This document shows, piece by piece, positions 1 through 8,315 of a stretch of 64,000 nucleotides of DNA (the stretch's first letter is position 1; each line of letters opens with the position of its first letter). The notes under the pieces are model-generated. The model saw only the letters and a list, made by a program, of their open reading frames with translations. It searched no databases and was not told the origin of the DNA. The position numbers and the translations under genes were made by a program. Origin of the DNA: an uncultured Candidatus Saccharibacteria bacterium (lineage in GTDB: Bacteria > Patescibacteriota > CAZHWT01); contig CAZKPX010000003.1 of NCBI GenBank assembly GCA_964554805.1, positions 12,366-76,365 of the forward strand. The letters run 5' to 3'.

Positions 1-372
1 GGGCCAGGGTGGGAGCAGGCTTTTGCTGCCGAGGGCTAGGAGAATGTCGGGTAGATGGGCGCCGAAGGTGGCGAAGCCGACAAACCAGAATAAGGAGCCC
101 CACTGCCAGCCGTGAACCAGCGATAGGTAGGCAATAAGGAAGAATAAGGGTACGCCTAGGTCGAGGGCGAAGCTGCGCCAGTGACGAGCAGTAGTGTGGT
201 GAGGATCAAAGTTGTAATGGCCGTGAGGCAGGAGATCCATGGCGTAGTGTGAGGCTAAGCCAACTATGAATCCAGCCAATAAGCCAGCTACGATAGGCCA
301 GTCTGAAGGCCAGAGGGCGGCGGTGGTTGCTCCAACGATGGTGCCAATAGCTGTGTGTCCGGCTGCAATCAT
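1..372 (-). CDS. membrane protein, N-terminal part; the gene continues beyond the window edge; possibly a membrane-bound metal-dependent hydrolase-like protein
   Basis: Reverse-strand translation from the ATG at 370-372 gives MIAAGHTAIGTIVGATTAALWPSDWPIVAGLLAGFIVGLASHYAMDLLPHGHYNFDPHH..., a hydrophobic protein open to position 1; absent from the ORF track because the ORF is partial. Confidence 0.4.
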   Translation of the reverse strand, partial: MIAAGHTAIGTIVGATTAALWPSDWPIVAGLLAGFIVGLASHYAMDLLPHGHYNFDPHHTTARHWRSFALDLGVPLFFLIAYLSLVHGWQWGSLFWFVGFATFGAHLPDILLALGSKSLLPPWP

Positions 373-886
373 GTCTTTAGGATATCGGATATGGGATATG
401 GAGGCAAGGTTTGAAATGGGGAAAGCCAGGCGACTAAGCATCGCCTGGCTTTGTTTGCCAACATTGGCAAGGTTGTCTGTCGAGCTGAGAGAAGATCGCT
501 CGGTCGCTCACGGCGGTGTTCCACCTTCTCTTCTCCCAGTCGACGGTAATGCTGACTCTCTCGAGCTGAGTTTCGATCGCGTGCAGAACTAGATCGAATC
601 TCCTCACCGCTAGGCCATGAGTGGACCTGGTGGTGATAACCGTCTCCGGATGGACCACAAGTCGTAGCAAGCGACCCACCATCCGTTTCCACGTTCGCCC
701 CATGTAGGCCATTGGGACCAAAGGGTCAAGACGCTCGAGTCAGGTCTGCTCTGCAGGCAGTTGTTGTAAACAGCATTACGCAGTGCTTTATACCCCGGGC
801 AATTTTTGTTGTCAAAGATGCTGTGATTAATGGGCAGCATTTGCTAGGTAGTGGACGAGAGACTTTACTTCATTGATAATTGAAAT

Positions 887-1435
887 ATGAATAACATTAA
901 TAGGCGAGTTGTGGGCTATGGAGTGTTGGCTGGGGTGTTGTATTGGTGGACGATTTTGTTGCTGAGTCCGGGGTTGGGTGGGAGTCCACCGTGGATTTTC
1001 TTGGACTATTTGAATTTGTTGGTACATGAGGCGGGTCATTGGCTGTTTTTGCCTTTTGGAGAGACAATGTCTATTTTGGGTGGCAGTTTGTTGCAGTGTT
1101 TGCTACCGGCTGTTTTTGCAGGATACTTTGTGTATAAAAAGGAATGGGCAGGCCTGGCTTTTGGGGTGTGGTGGGTGGGGAATAATCTGGTTAATGTCAG
1201 TTACTATATTCAGGATGCTAGTCTGAGAGCTTTGCCGTTGTTGGGCGGGGATAGTGTGGGGCATGATTGGTATAATTTGTTGTCGAGGTGGAATATGTTG
1301 GAGCGGGATCATGTGATAGCGGGGGTGGTGTATGGGGCGGGATGGTTGTTGCTGGTCGGGAGTTTGTTGGGGTTGACGGTGGTTATTTTTGCTTTGCTGA
1401 CTGGTAAAAAGTTATCTGTCGTAGAAAATAGTTAG
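887..1435 (+). CDS. integral membrane protein with an HEAGH (HExxH-like) motif; putative membrane metalloprotease
   Basis: 182-aa ORF with several hydrophobic segments and the motif LLVHEAGHWLF. Confidence 0.5.
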   Translation: MNNINRRVVGYGVLAGVLYWWTILLLSPGLGGSPPWIFLDYLNLLVHEAGHWLFLPFGETMSILGGSLLQCLLPAVFAGYFVYKKEWAGLAFGVWWVGNNLVNVSYYIQDASLRALPLLGGDSVGHDWYNLLSRWNMLERDHVIAGVVYGAGWLLLVGSLLGLTVVIFALLTGKKLSVVENS

Positions 1436-1459
1436 TAATAATGGTTATAAACGCGAGAA

Positions 1460-1487
1460 GGGCGACCCAATGAGGTCGCCCTTTTTG
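1460..1487 (+). terminator. rho-independent terminator (GGGCGACC-loop-GTCGCCC-TTTTT)
   Basis: perfect 7-8 bp GC stem followed by a T5 run, directly after the stop of the 887..1435 ORF. Confidence 0.7.
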
Positions 1488-1955
1488 TGCGCTAGTGTAC
1501 GGCCTCTTTCTTCGAGATTCAATCAACCCTCACGAGTGAGGGTTAAATCGCATCGCGAGCAGTTTGCAGCTCGTTGAGCTCACAGATCTGGTGCCGGCTA
1601 TTGCAGTAAGGAAATTCAAGGAGGAAATTCAAGGTTCAACCTTAACCTTACTTAACAAGGTTGAACCTTGAATTGAGATGGTTGGTTGATTTTAGGGTAA
1701 TTTTGAGGTGTTTGGTGAAGATATGGTGGCAGTCTGGTGGGAGGGGGATGTTGGTGAGGTTTTGTGTATTGGCTTTTGTGATAGTAGGAAATAGATCTTT
1801 TGACTATGAATGGATTTTATAGAGGCGATGATTTTGGGTAAAACGAAGAAAAGCTCAAGGTTGAACCTTGTTCTTTCTGGTTTTATTATCAAAAAGAGTA
1901 TTTTGAAGGAGATGTTGGCTGGATGGACTGTTGAAAGTCTGTCCAGCCAACAGGG

Positions 1956-2171
1956 TTAGCGGGAGTTGGCGGTGTTGCCGCTTGGGTCTTCCGGGTGGCC
2001 GCTGGTTGCCGGATCGGCTTGGTGGTCGCCGCCAGCTGAAGCGCTGGCTAGAAGGAAGTCTGCAACGACTCCTGCGTCGCTGTAGTTACCTTTTTGGTAA
2101 TCCTGCCAAGCTTCCTCGGCAGTCGGCATAGTCGGCATCTGCTGGTCTTCCTGCCTGGTATCGTCGGCCAT
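1956..2171 (-). CDS. small acidic hypothetical protein (71 aa) in a GC-rich patch
   Basis: ORF with an AAAGGGGA ribosome-binding site 7 nt upstream of the ATG on the minus strand; local GC about 60% versus 48% for the window. Confidence 0.3.
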   Translation of the reverse strand: MADDTRQEDQQMPTMPTAEEAWQDYQKGNYSDAGVVADFLLASASAGGDHQADPATSGHPEDPSGNTANSR

Positions 2172-2384
2172 GACTGATCCCCTTTGTGTGTGAGTCTCTC
2201 CCAGAAACAGGTCTGGTAGGTGGAATATATCATATATTCTTTGATTGCACCATATAATGTACTGGAGAATACAGGGGGCAGCGGGGGTATTTAAAGGTGG
2301 TTGTCAGTTGGGGGCTTTTCTGGTACAATCGGTCCTGCTAATCTCCACTATGGAGTGCGCTGGTGTGGAATATTTAGACTATTA

Positions 2385-2459
2385 GCTGAGGTAGCTCAGT
2401 GGCAGAGCACTTCCATGGTAAGGAAGGGGTCGCGAGTTCAATCCTCGCCCTCAGCTCCA
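2385..2459 (+). tRNA. tRNA-Thr (anticodon GGT), CCA encoded
   Basis: cloverleaf read by eye: acceptor GCTGAGG/CCTCAGC, anticodon stem CTTCC/GGAAG, loop ATGGTAA, T-loop TTCAATC, 3' TCCA. Confidence 0.9.
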
Positions 2460-2569
2460 GAAAAGAACAGTTTTCTGGCGGCTGGATGTCGCTTTGTGAC
2501 ATGCATCTCCAGAAGAAGCTGCGCTTCTTCAGTTAGAAGTGAACAGAAGAAGTAAGAAGTTATTTTTGG

Positions 2570-2657
2570 GCAGGGCTGGCGGAGCGGTCAATCGCATCAG
2601 ACTGTAAATCTGACGTCTTCACTGACTACGGAGGTTCGAATCCTTCGCCCTGCACCA
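2570..2657 (+). tRNA. tRNA-Tyr (anticodon GTA), class II long variable arm, CCA encoded
   Basis: acceptor GCAGGGC/GCCCTGC, anticodon loop CTGTAAA, long variable arm, T-loop GGTTCGAATCC, 3' ACCA; 88 nt. Confidence 0.9.
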
Positions 2658-2801
2658 AGGATTTTTTCTCAACCAAAGTTGAGGAAAGATCCTTGGTATA
2701 GTGGTAGAGGTGAGGATTTCTTTGAGATTCGCCGACTAGGAGAGTACTATTTGAACAACGATTCAAATAGTATGAACTAGGAGTCTGACCAACGGGAAGT
2801 A
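2642..2801 (+). repeat. structured element A (about 160 nt), beginning with the 21-nt tRNA-Tyr 3' end CCTTCGCCCTGCACCAAGGAT; two conserved hairpins
   Basis: hairpin 1 at 2655-2696 (CCAAGGA...TCCTTGG); hairpin 2 at 2746-2771 (ACTATTTGAA-CAACGA-TTCAAATAGT); same architecture as unit B. Confidence 0.5.
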
Positions 2802-2965
2802 CCTTCGCCCTGCACCAAGGATATTCTCCTAATCTTTGATTGGAAGAATATCCTTGGTATTGAGCTTAGATGCGAACCTTCAGGTTCGATGCAGAGGAAA
2901 GTGCTATTTGCACAACGATGCAAATAGTGCGAACTCTAGCCCGACTAAAGGGAGGCATCCTTCAA
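2802..2965 (+). repeat. structured element B, a tandem paralogue of unit A that begins with the same 21-nt CCTTCGCCCTGCACCAAGGAT
   Basis: hairpin 1 at 2815-2857 (13-bp perfect stem CCAAGGATATTCT/AGAATATCCTTGG); hairpin 2 at 2904-2927 (CTATTTGCA-CAACGA-TGCAAATAG); stems differ from unit A only by compensatory changes. Confidence 0.5.
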
Positions 2966-3040
2966 TACTATTAGATTGCCGCGCTGCGCTTCCGCCAGGG
3001 GGCGGACAGGCAGCAATGACGGTAATGGCACGTTATATGT

Positions 3041-3117
3041 GCTGACTTAGCTCAGCTGGTTAGAGCAGCTGTTTTGTAAACAGCAGGTCGGGGGTTCGAA
3101 TCCCTCAGTCAGCTCCA
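3041..3117 (+). tRNA. tRNA-Thr (anticodon TGT), CCA encoded
   Basis: acceptor GCTGACT/AGTCAGC, anticodon stem GCTGT/ACAGC, loop TTTGTAA, T-loop TTCGAAT. Confidence 0.9.
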
Positions 3118-3292
3118 GATTGACATCGGTTAATCTGTCGCTGGATGCGCCAGAGGCGCATGCATCTCCAGATTATTCTAGTAAACGTAAGTTAGGGTTT
3201 TGACTGAAGCGTTACATTTGTTTTGAAATTAGGTATGGATTCCGGGTCTAGTCCGGAATGACATGCAATATTATTTTGTAGGAGTCGTTATT

Positions 3293-3469
3293 ATGGCTAA
3301 GAAAACCAGCCGGGTAATTGTTATCATGGCTAGCCCAGATGGCAAGCAGACTTATACTACTACCAAGAATCGTCGCAACACCGAAAAGAAGCTTGTGCTA
3401 AACAAGTATTCTCCGACTGAGCGCAAAGTGGTAGCTTATAAGGAAGTAAAAGTTAAAAAGGGTAAGTAA
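3293..3469 (+). CDS. rpmG: 50S ribosomal protein L33
   Basis: MAKKTSRVIVIMASPDGKQTYTTTKNRRNTEKKLVLNKYSPTERKVVAYKEVKVKK matches the L33 signature (YTTTKN...EKL...KY.P); ribosome-binding site TAGGAG upstream. Confidence 0.85.
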   Translation: MAKKTSRVIVIMASPDGKQTYTTTKNRRNTEKKLVLNKYSPTERKVVAYKEVKVKKGK

Positions 3470-3561
3470 ATAAAGTAAGCGTGTCATTCTGAACTTGGTT
3501 CAGAATCTTGGTCTACCGACTTTGATCCTGAAACGAGTCCAGGATGACATCTAGCTTACAT

Positions 3562-3635
3562 AGGGGCGTAGGCTAGAGGTAAACCGGTGGTCTCCAAAAC
3601 CGCATTCGGGGGTTCGATTCCCTCCGCCCCTGCCA
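3562..3635 (+). tRNA. tRNA-Trp (anticodon CCA)
   Basis: acceptor AGGGGCG/CGCCCCT, anticodon stem GTGGT/ACCGC, loop CTCCAAA, T-arm GGGGGTTCGATTCCCTC; the D-stem carries one mismatch. Confidence 0.75.
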
Positions 3636-3636
3636 A

Positions 3637-3676
3637 AATAACTCGGTTAGCTTCGGCTAAGCGAGTTATTTTTGTT
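3637..3676 (+). terminator. rho-independent terminator after tRNA-Trp
   Basis: AATAACTCGGTTAGC-TTCG-GCTAAGCGAGTTATT followed by TTTTTG. Confidence 0.7.
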
Positions 3677-3908
3677 GTGGACGGTTGAATTGAGTTGTTT
3701 TGGTTGTAGAGTTAAGTGGGAGAGGGCAGTATTTTAGTGTCAGATCTTCACTAATCCCGATAGTTAGCCTCGATTTACTTTCCGAAAGTTGCAGCGAGCC
3801 TGTTGCGGCTGCGACAGGTTATCTCTTTGTGGTGGATGGTTGTTGCGGCAACTTTTGGTACAATGTAGTGCATATGAATTTACATAACGATTCGCCTAAA
3901 TAATACAG

Positions 3909-4790
3909 ATGGAAACTGAAACAAAGCAATTAATTGATGCTATCCGAACTACACCAATAGAGCAATTTGAGTTGAGAACGGAAGATGGAGCTCTCGAAAA
4001 TTTGCTTACGGATACTCTCGAAATTAGCATAGAGACTCTAACTGATGATGAGCGGAAAACATTATCACTACATTTTATTGGTCGAACGCACAGATCTGAT
4101 TTTGATCTAGCAGTATTTGAACAACTGAGAGATTTTCGACCCAATGTTATCATTCATGAGTGCTGCGCTGAGACCCTTAAGCAGCTCCAGAATGTTGAAC
4201 TAATACAGGCGTCTTCCGTACTATCATTACCAATTGAGCTAGCAATTCCCGAAAAGGTCGCACCTACATGGGTTCAAGCCGCGGCCCTGGATGTAAGTAT
4301 TAATGATATATCTGGCGTAAACACACTAATAAGAAGTTCACGTGCGCAACCATTGCTTCGCAAAATGGATTTAACATTGGAAGAGCTAGCTCGCCAAACC
4401 GGATTTGAATTTCCAACACGGAGAACATTTGGATACCACACAATAAACCTGCTTAAAAAGTTAGGTATTGATGATATACGAGATGTTCAGCAGACTCCCG
4501 ATCTTGAATCTGCACTAATAGCTGATGCGAACACTATACAGATACGTGATAATGCAATGGTTCTAGATATATCTCGGATCGCTGGGAACTTAAGAAGGAA
4601 GATGGTAGGTGGATTATTGAGGATTGCTGTTATATCAGGCAATGATCATGCTCAGTTTTTGCAAAAGGAAGTTGAAAAGAAGGGTATTGTGGCAACAAGA
4701 TATAGCATTGTTGACGAAATAGAGCCTCATCCGTTGGATACACGAATTTATGAATCTCTTACTATTATAAGAAATCAGTCCACGAGGTAA
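3909..4790 (+). CDS. hypothetical protein (293 aa), first gene of the AT-rich island
   Basis: long ORF with no recognisable motif; base composition lower in GC than the flanking core genes. Confidence 0.5.
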   Translation: METETKQLIDAIRTTPIEQFELRTEDGALENLLTDTLEISIETLTDDERKTLSLHFIGRTHRSDFDLAVFEQLRDFRPNVIIHECCAETLKQLQNVELIQASSVLSLPIELAIPEKVAPTWVQAAALDVSINDISGVNTLIRSSRAQPLLRKMDLTLEELARQTGFEFPTRRTFGYHTINLLKKLGIDDIRDVQQTPDLESALIADANTIQIRDNAMVLDISRIAGNLRRKMVGGLLRIAVISGNDHAQFLQKEVEKKGIVATRYSIVDEIEPHPLDTRIYESLTIIRNQSTR

Positions 4791-4926
4791 AGAGGGTTAG
4801 TCGGCAGATTATTAATTCGTAAATGACTCGAGGTGTATTTTGTGATCGTAGGATGGGGTTGCGTGATTAAGCTTGCCTATTGAGATGGCTTGCTTGAAAA
4901 TCGATATGTATGGTAATAACAAGCTA

Positions 4927-5363
4927 ATGAAAATATTGAAGGTAAGTCGGTCTTCTTAGCTGGTCCAACGCCTCGATCAAAGGAGACTTTGTCATGGCGC
5001 AAAGAAGCTGTATCTTTGTTTAAGAATACTGGATTCGATCTAACAATCTTTGTGCCTGAAGATCGAAATGGCGTATGGGATGAATCGATAAATTTTGATC
5101 ATCAGATTGAATGGGAAGAGGAGGTTTTGCGAGCGGTTGATTGTATTTTGTTCTGGATTCCTCGTAATCTAACGACTATGCCGGCTTTTACAACTAATAT
5201 TGAGTTTGGTGCCTGGAAGGAATCGGGGAAAGTCGTTCTGGGATATCCTCCTGAAGCTGTGAAAATGGATTATCTAGAGTATTATGCTCAAAAGTTACAA
5301 ATTCCGACTAGCTCTACTTTGCCGAGTACAGTACAATTGGCTTGTAAAAAACTCGTTTTTTAG
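4927..5363 (+). CDS. nucleoside 2-deoxyribosyltransferase-like protein; start unresolved, probable 1-nt frameshift in an A-run or a non-ATG start
   Basis: the frame open from 4920 encodes ...NIEGKSVFLAGPTPRSKETLSWRKEAV...FWIPR...EFGAWKESGKVVLGYP (NDT-like KxxFLAGP and FWIP motifs), but the only nearby ATG (4927) is in the +1 frame; the track ORF starts at TTG 4989, downstream of the conserved N-terminal motif. Confidence 0.5.
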
Positions 5364-5411
5364 ATAAAGTCAGACAGTTTTTTGGGTGGTTTATTTTTGA
5401 GCCGGAGAACT

Positions 5412-5837
5412 ATGAAAGTTTATTTTGCTTGTTCCATTAGATCGGGTCGGCAGGATGCGGATTTGTATGCTGAGTTGGTGGCGTATATTAAAACTCGCGC
5501 CGAAGTCTTAACTGAGATATTTGCTGATGGGAAGCTGACTGTTGAAGGTTCATCAGGTACTAGTCGGGATATCTGGCAAACTGACATGGAATGGGTTAAG
5601 CAAGCGGATGTGATTATCGCTGAGGTGACTAATCCTAGCTTGGGCGTTGGGTATGAAATTGCTAAAGCCGAAGAATGGTCTAAGCCGGTATTGGCTTTGT
5701 TTCGGGACGACGGGAGCCGAAGGTTGTCAGCTATGATTGATGGAGCTCCTGGGGTAGAAGTGGCTCGGTATAGTCAGCTGGACGAGGCCAAGATGGCAAT
5801 TGATGGTTTTATGTCTTCTGCAAACTTGCGGGGATAG
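5412..5837 (+). CDS. 2'-deoxynucleoside 5'-phosphate N-hydrolase (DNPH1/Rcl-like, NDT superfamily)
   Basis: MKVYFACSIRSGRQDADLYAELVAYIKTRAEVLTE...ADVIIAEVTNPSLGVGYEIAKAEEWSKPVLALFR closely follows the DNPH1 family pattern (IYFCGSIRGGR...VVAEVTQPSLGVGYE). Confidence 0.8.
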   Translation: MKVYFACSIRSGRQDADLYAELVAYIKTRAEVLTEIFADGKLTVEGSSGTSRDIWQTDMEWVKQADVIIAEVTNPSLGVGYEIAKAEEWSKPVLALFRDDGSRRLSAMIDGAPGVEVARYSQLDEAKMAIDGFMSSANLRG

Positions 5838-5933
5838 TCGCTCAATTAATAAGGACTCAAAGCAAAAGCGCCTCCCGGAGATGGGGAGGCGCGTGATGGT
5901 GCTTTGTGGCGGAGTTTTTGTCGTGCCCTGCTC

Positions 5934-6314
5934 TCAGGGTCTTGGATTGGGGAGAGGACTGGGGTGCAGCCCGGATTGGCGGATAACCTCTCGGGCGATG
6001 TCTGGGTGGAATCTGCCCCGATCAACACACACGCCTTGGTTGTCTAGGAGGTGTAGGCGCACCCAGGGCCTACCTCCACTGTTGTCCCTGGTCAGATTGC
6101 TTCTGCTGAAACCAGGGAAGAAACTGAGCGGAGAAATACCCCAGCAGTCATCAGCCCGCTCGTTGAGCTTGTCTACGAAGGCCTGGGACTGATCCGGATT
6201 GAGGATGAGCTCGACGGGATCTTGGTCATCTTGGGGAAAGACGAGCGTGATTGGAGTCTCAGAACCTGGCTTGATGTCAAATGTTACACCATGCCCCTCG
6301 ATCGGTTTGGCCAT
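5934..6314 (-). CDS. hypothetical protein (126 aa)
   Basis: ORF with an AGGAG ribosome-binding site 8 nt upstream of the ATG on the minus strand. Confidence 0.45.
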   Translation of the reverse strand: MAKPIEGHGVTFDIKPGSETPITLVFPQDDQDPVELILNPDQSQAFVDKLNERADDCWGISPLSFFPGFSRSNLTRDNSGGRPWVRLHLLDNQGVCVDRGRFHPDIAREVIRQSGLHPSPLPNPRP

Positions 6315-6435
6315 GTTATTTTCTCCTATCTTCGGTCTCCGACAAAGCAGTTACTTATTCTATACCATACTATAGGTTGATAATCAAATTTTTTAGATAC
6401 TTTGCAAGCTGGTATATAGGAGCTATGCTGTATCT

Positions 6436-6792
6436 ATGAAGATTTATGTGACGCATTCGAGTAATTTTGACTATAAAGAAGACTTGTATAAGCCGCTGCG
6501 ACATTCGGAACTGAATGAGTTGCATGAGATATTTTTGCCGCATGAGGAGAGGGCTGAGCCGGTTAATACTCGGCAGGTGATTAAGGGAAGTGATTTGGTA
6601 TTGGCTGAAGTGTCGTTTTCGTCAACTGGGCAAGGGATTGAGATTGGGTGGGCTGATGCGGCTGGAGTGCCTATAATTTGCTTGTACAGGACTGGTTCAA
6701 TGGTGTCCTCGTCGCTTGCGTTAGTAGCGAAAGAGATGATTGGGTATGAAAATGTAGCTGATAAGCTAGGTGAAATTTTGGATCGTATTTGA
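6436..6792 (+). CDS. nucleoside 2-deoxyribosyltransferase-like protein (third NDT-superfamily paralogue)
   Basis: MKIYVTHSS...GSDLVLAEVSFSSTGQGIEIGWADAAGVPIICLY fits an NDT-like Rossmann core (acidic residue plus Gly-rich loop, then G.P). Confidence 0.6.
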   Translation: MKIYVTHSSNFDYKEDLYKPLRHSELNELHEIFLPHEERAEPVNTRQVIKGSDLVLAEVSFSSTGQGIEIGWADAAGVPIICLYRTGSMVSSSLALVAKEMIGYENVADKLGEILDRI

Positions 6793-6919
6793 ATGGGTAA
6801 GGCGCAGGTGCGATCTGAGGAGATGCAGCTGCGCCTTGGCGGAGGGTAGGGACGGCTAGTCGGTTTTGACTGCCGGGTAGGGTAGCACAACGATGGGCTC
6901 ATGACTTGACTCCAGAGAG

Positions 6920-7228
6920 CTAGGCGGCCACGACAGGTGCTGAGGACGACAGATTCTTGGCTTGGCCTAGACGTCTGAGCCAGGCCTTGGCTTCAACCTC
7001 GGCTAGGTCGTAGTATTGGGTGTCATTTGTTTTGACGTCCTTCATCCACTCGAAGTAGGTGGTTGGCAGATGCTCGAGGGCCTGTCGGCAGACTGCCTGG
7101 TTGTCAGCCATGACGGCCACGTGCTTCTCTTCAGCTATGATGACGACGGTGTTGTCGCGACTAAGCTGAGCTACATAAACTCCTTGGTTGAACGCCGGGA
7201 TGGGCGAACCGAACATTACGAACCGCAT
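6920..7228 (-). CDS. hypothetical protein (about 103 aa)
   Basis: ATG at 7228 with an AAAGGAGG ribosome-binding site; the longer track ORF extends into a GCGACRR repeat. Confidence 0.45.
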   Translation of the reverse strand: MRFVMFGSPIPAFNQGVYVAQLSRDNTVVIIAEEKHVAVMADNQAVCRQALEHLPTTYFEWMKDVKTNDTQYYDLAEVEAKAWLRRLGQAKNLSSSAPVVAA

Positions 7229-7392
7229 GGCACACCTCCTTTTGGTGTATGAAAACTGCCAAGCACGGTTGATATATTTAGTATAGTATGGATGTATGGT
7301 TTTTGGCAAGAGGCTTTTGTAGCGACGGGCGACGAGCGACATGGGGTAGCGCAGAGGGCTGAAAACTCAACACTCAAAACTTAAAACAGGTA

Positions 7393-8043
7393 CTAGACGC
7401 CGAGCAGGATGGCTGTGATCTGCCTGACGCTGGAGCCTAGTTGGCCTTGGAAACTAAAGAGAAACATAAAAACCAGAATGAAGCCGTAGGGTTCGATTTG
7501 ATCGAGTATATCCTTGTATTGGACCGGTAAGATAGTTCGGAGTATTCGGGAGCCATCTAGGGGTGGTATGGGGGCTAGATTGAATAGGGCTAACAGGATA
7601 TTGTAGAAGACAAAATAGAAAGCTATCAGGGCTACGATATCGGCGCCAGGGAAGGGTGAAATATTAATTATGCGGAACATTGTGGCAAAGATAATGGCCA
7701 GGGCAAAGTTGACGATAATACCGGCAATGGCAACCCAGAAATAGTCGCGCTCACCGCCACGCAGGTTGCGATAGTTGACTGGGACCGGCTTGGCCCAGCC
7801 AAAGACTACGGCTGATCCGAATAGTTGAAGGGCTAGGGGGAGCAGAATGGTGCCAAAAGGGTCAATGTGAGGAATAGGATTGAGGGTCAGCCTCCCCTCG
7901 AGCTTAGCAGTCATATCTCCACAGCGATAGGCGACATAGCCATGGGCAATTTCATGAAGGATAATACTGACAATGACAGCCACGAAGGGAATGATGGCTG
8001 CTAGGAGTGGGTAGTTGAGAAAAGCGGATTCGAGTAGATTCAT
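7393..8043 (-). CDS. site-2 protease family zinc metalloprotease (peptidase M50B)
   Basis: HEIAHGYVA and FNLAPIPPLDGSRIL motifs with several transmembrane segments. Confidence 0.8.
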   Translation of the reverse strand: MNLLESAFLNYPLLAAIIPFVAVIVSIILHEIAHGYVAYRCGDMTAKLEGRLTLNPIPHIDPFGTILLPLALQLFGSAVVFGWAKPVPVNYRNLRGGERDYFWVAIAGIIVNFALAIIFATMFRIINISPFPGADIVALIAFYFVFYNILLALFNLAPIPPLDGSRILRTILPVQYKDILDQIEPYGFILVFMFLFSFQGQLGSSVRQITAILLGV

Positions 8044-8315
8044 GTTTTAGGATATAGGAGTTAGAATATTGAATATGGTGGCGACGGGCGACGAGAACGA
8101 GCGACGGGATTATAATATCAAATCTGACACAGATGCTGCCTTGGTATTGCAATGAGGTAAGCAATCTGGTATAGTTGGTCTCGCTTGGTTAGGAACATGT
8201 TTGACTAGAGATAAGTATAGCATGTCTCGGCTGGGTAGTTCTATTTGAAAGCTGTTCTGAATAGATCCGGAAAATAAGTTGCGGATGACATTTTTTAGAA
8301 CGAATGGTAAACATT

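Noticed and set aside
2642-2965. Interpretation of the two tandem units as degenerate tRNA-Gly genes
   Set aside because: No cloverleaf could be drawn. The units are about 160 nt, lack D and T arm consensus, and their conserved parts are two long hairpins. Kept as structured elements of unknown type instead.
5800-6192. Track ORF 5800..6192(+) overlapping the 5934..6314(-) gene and the DNPH1 3' end
   Set aside because: It has no ribosome-binding site and overlaps the terminator-like region. The minus-strand ORF has a clear AGGAG ribosome-binding site, so the plus-strand ORF was discarded.
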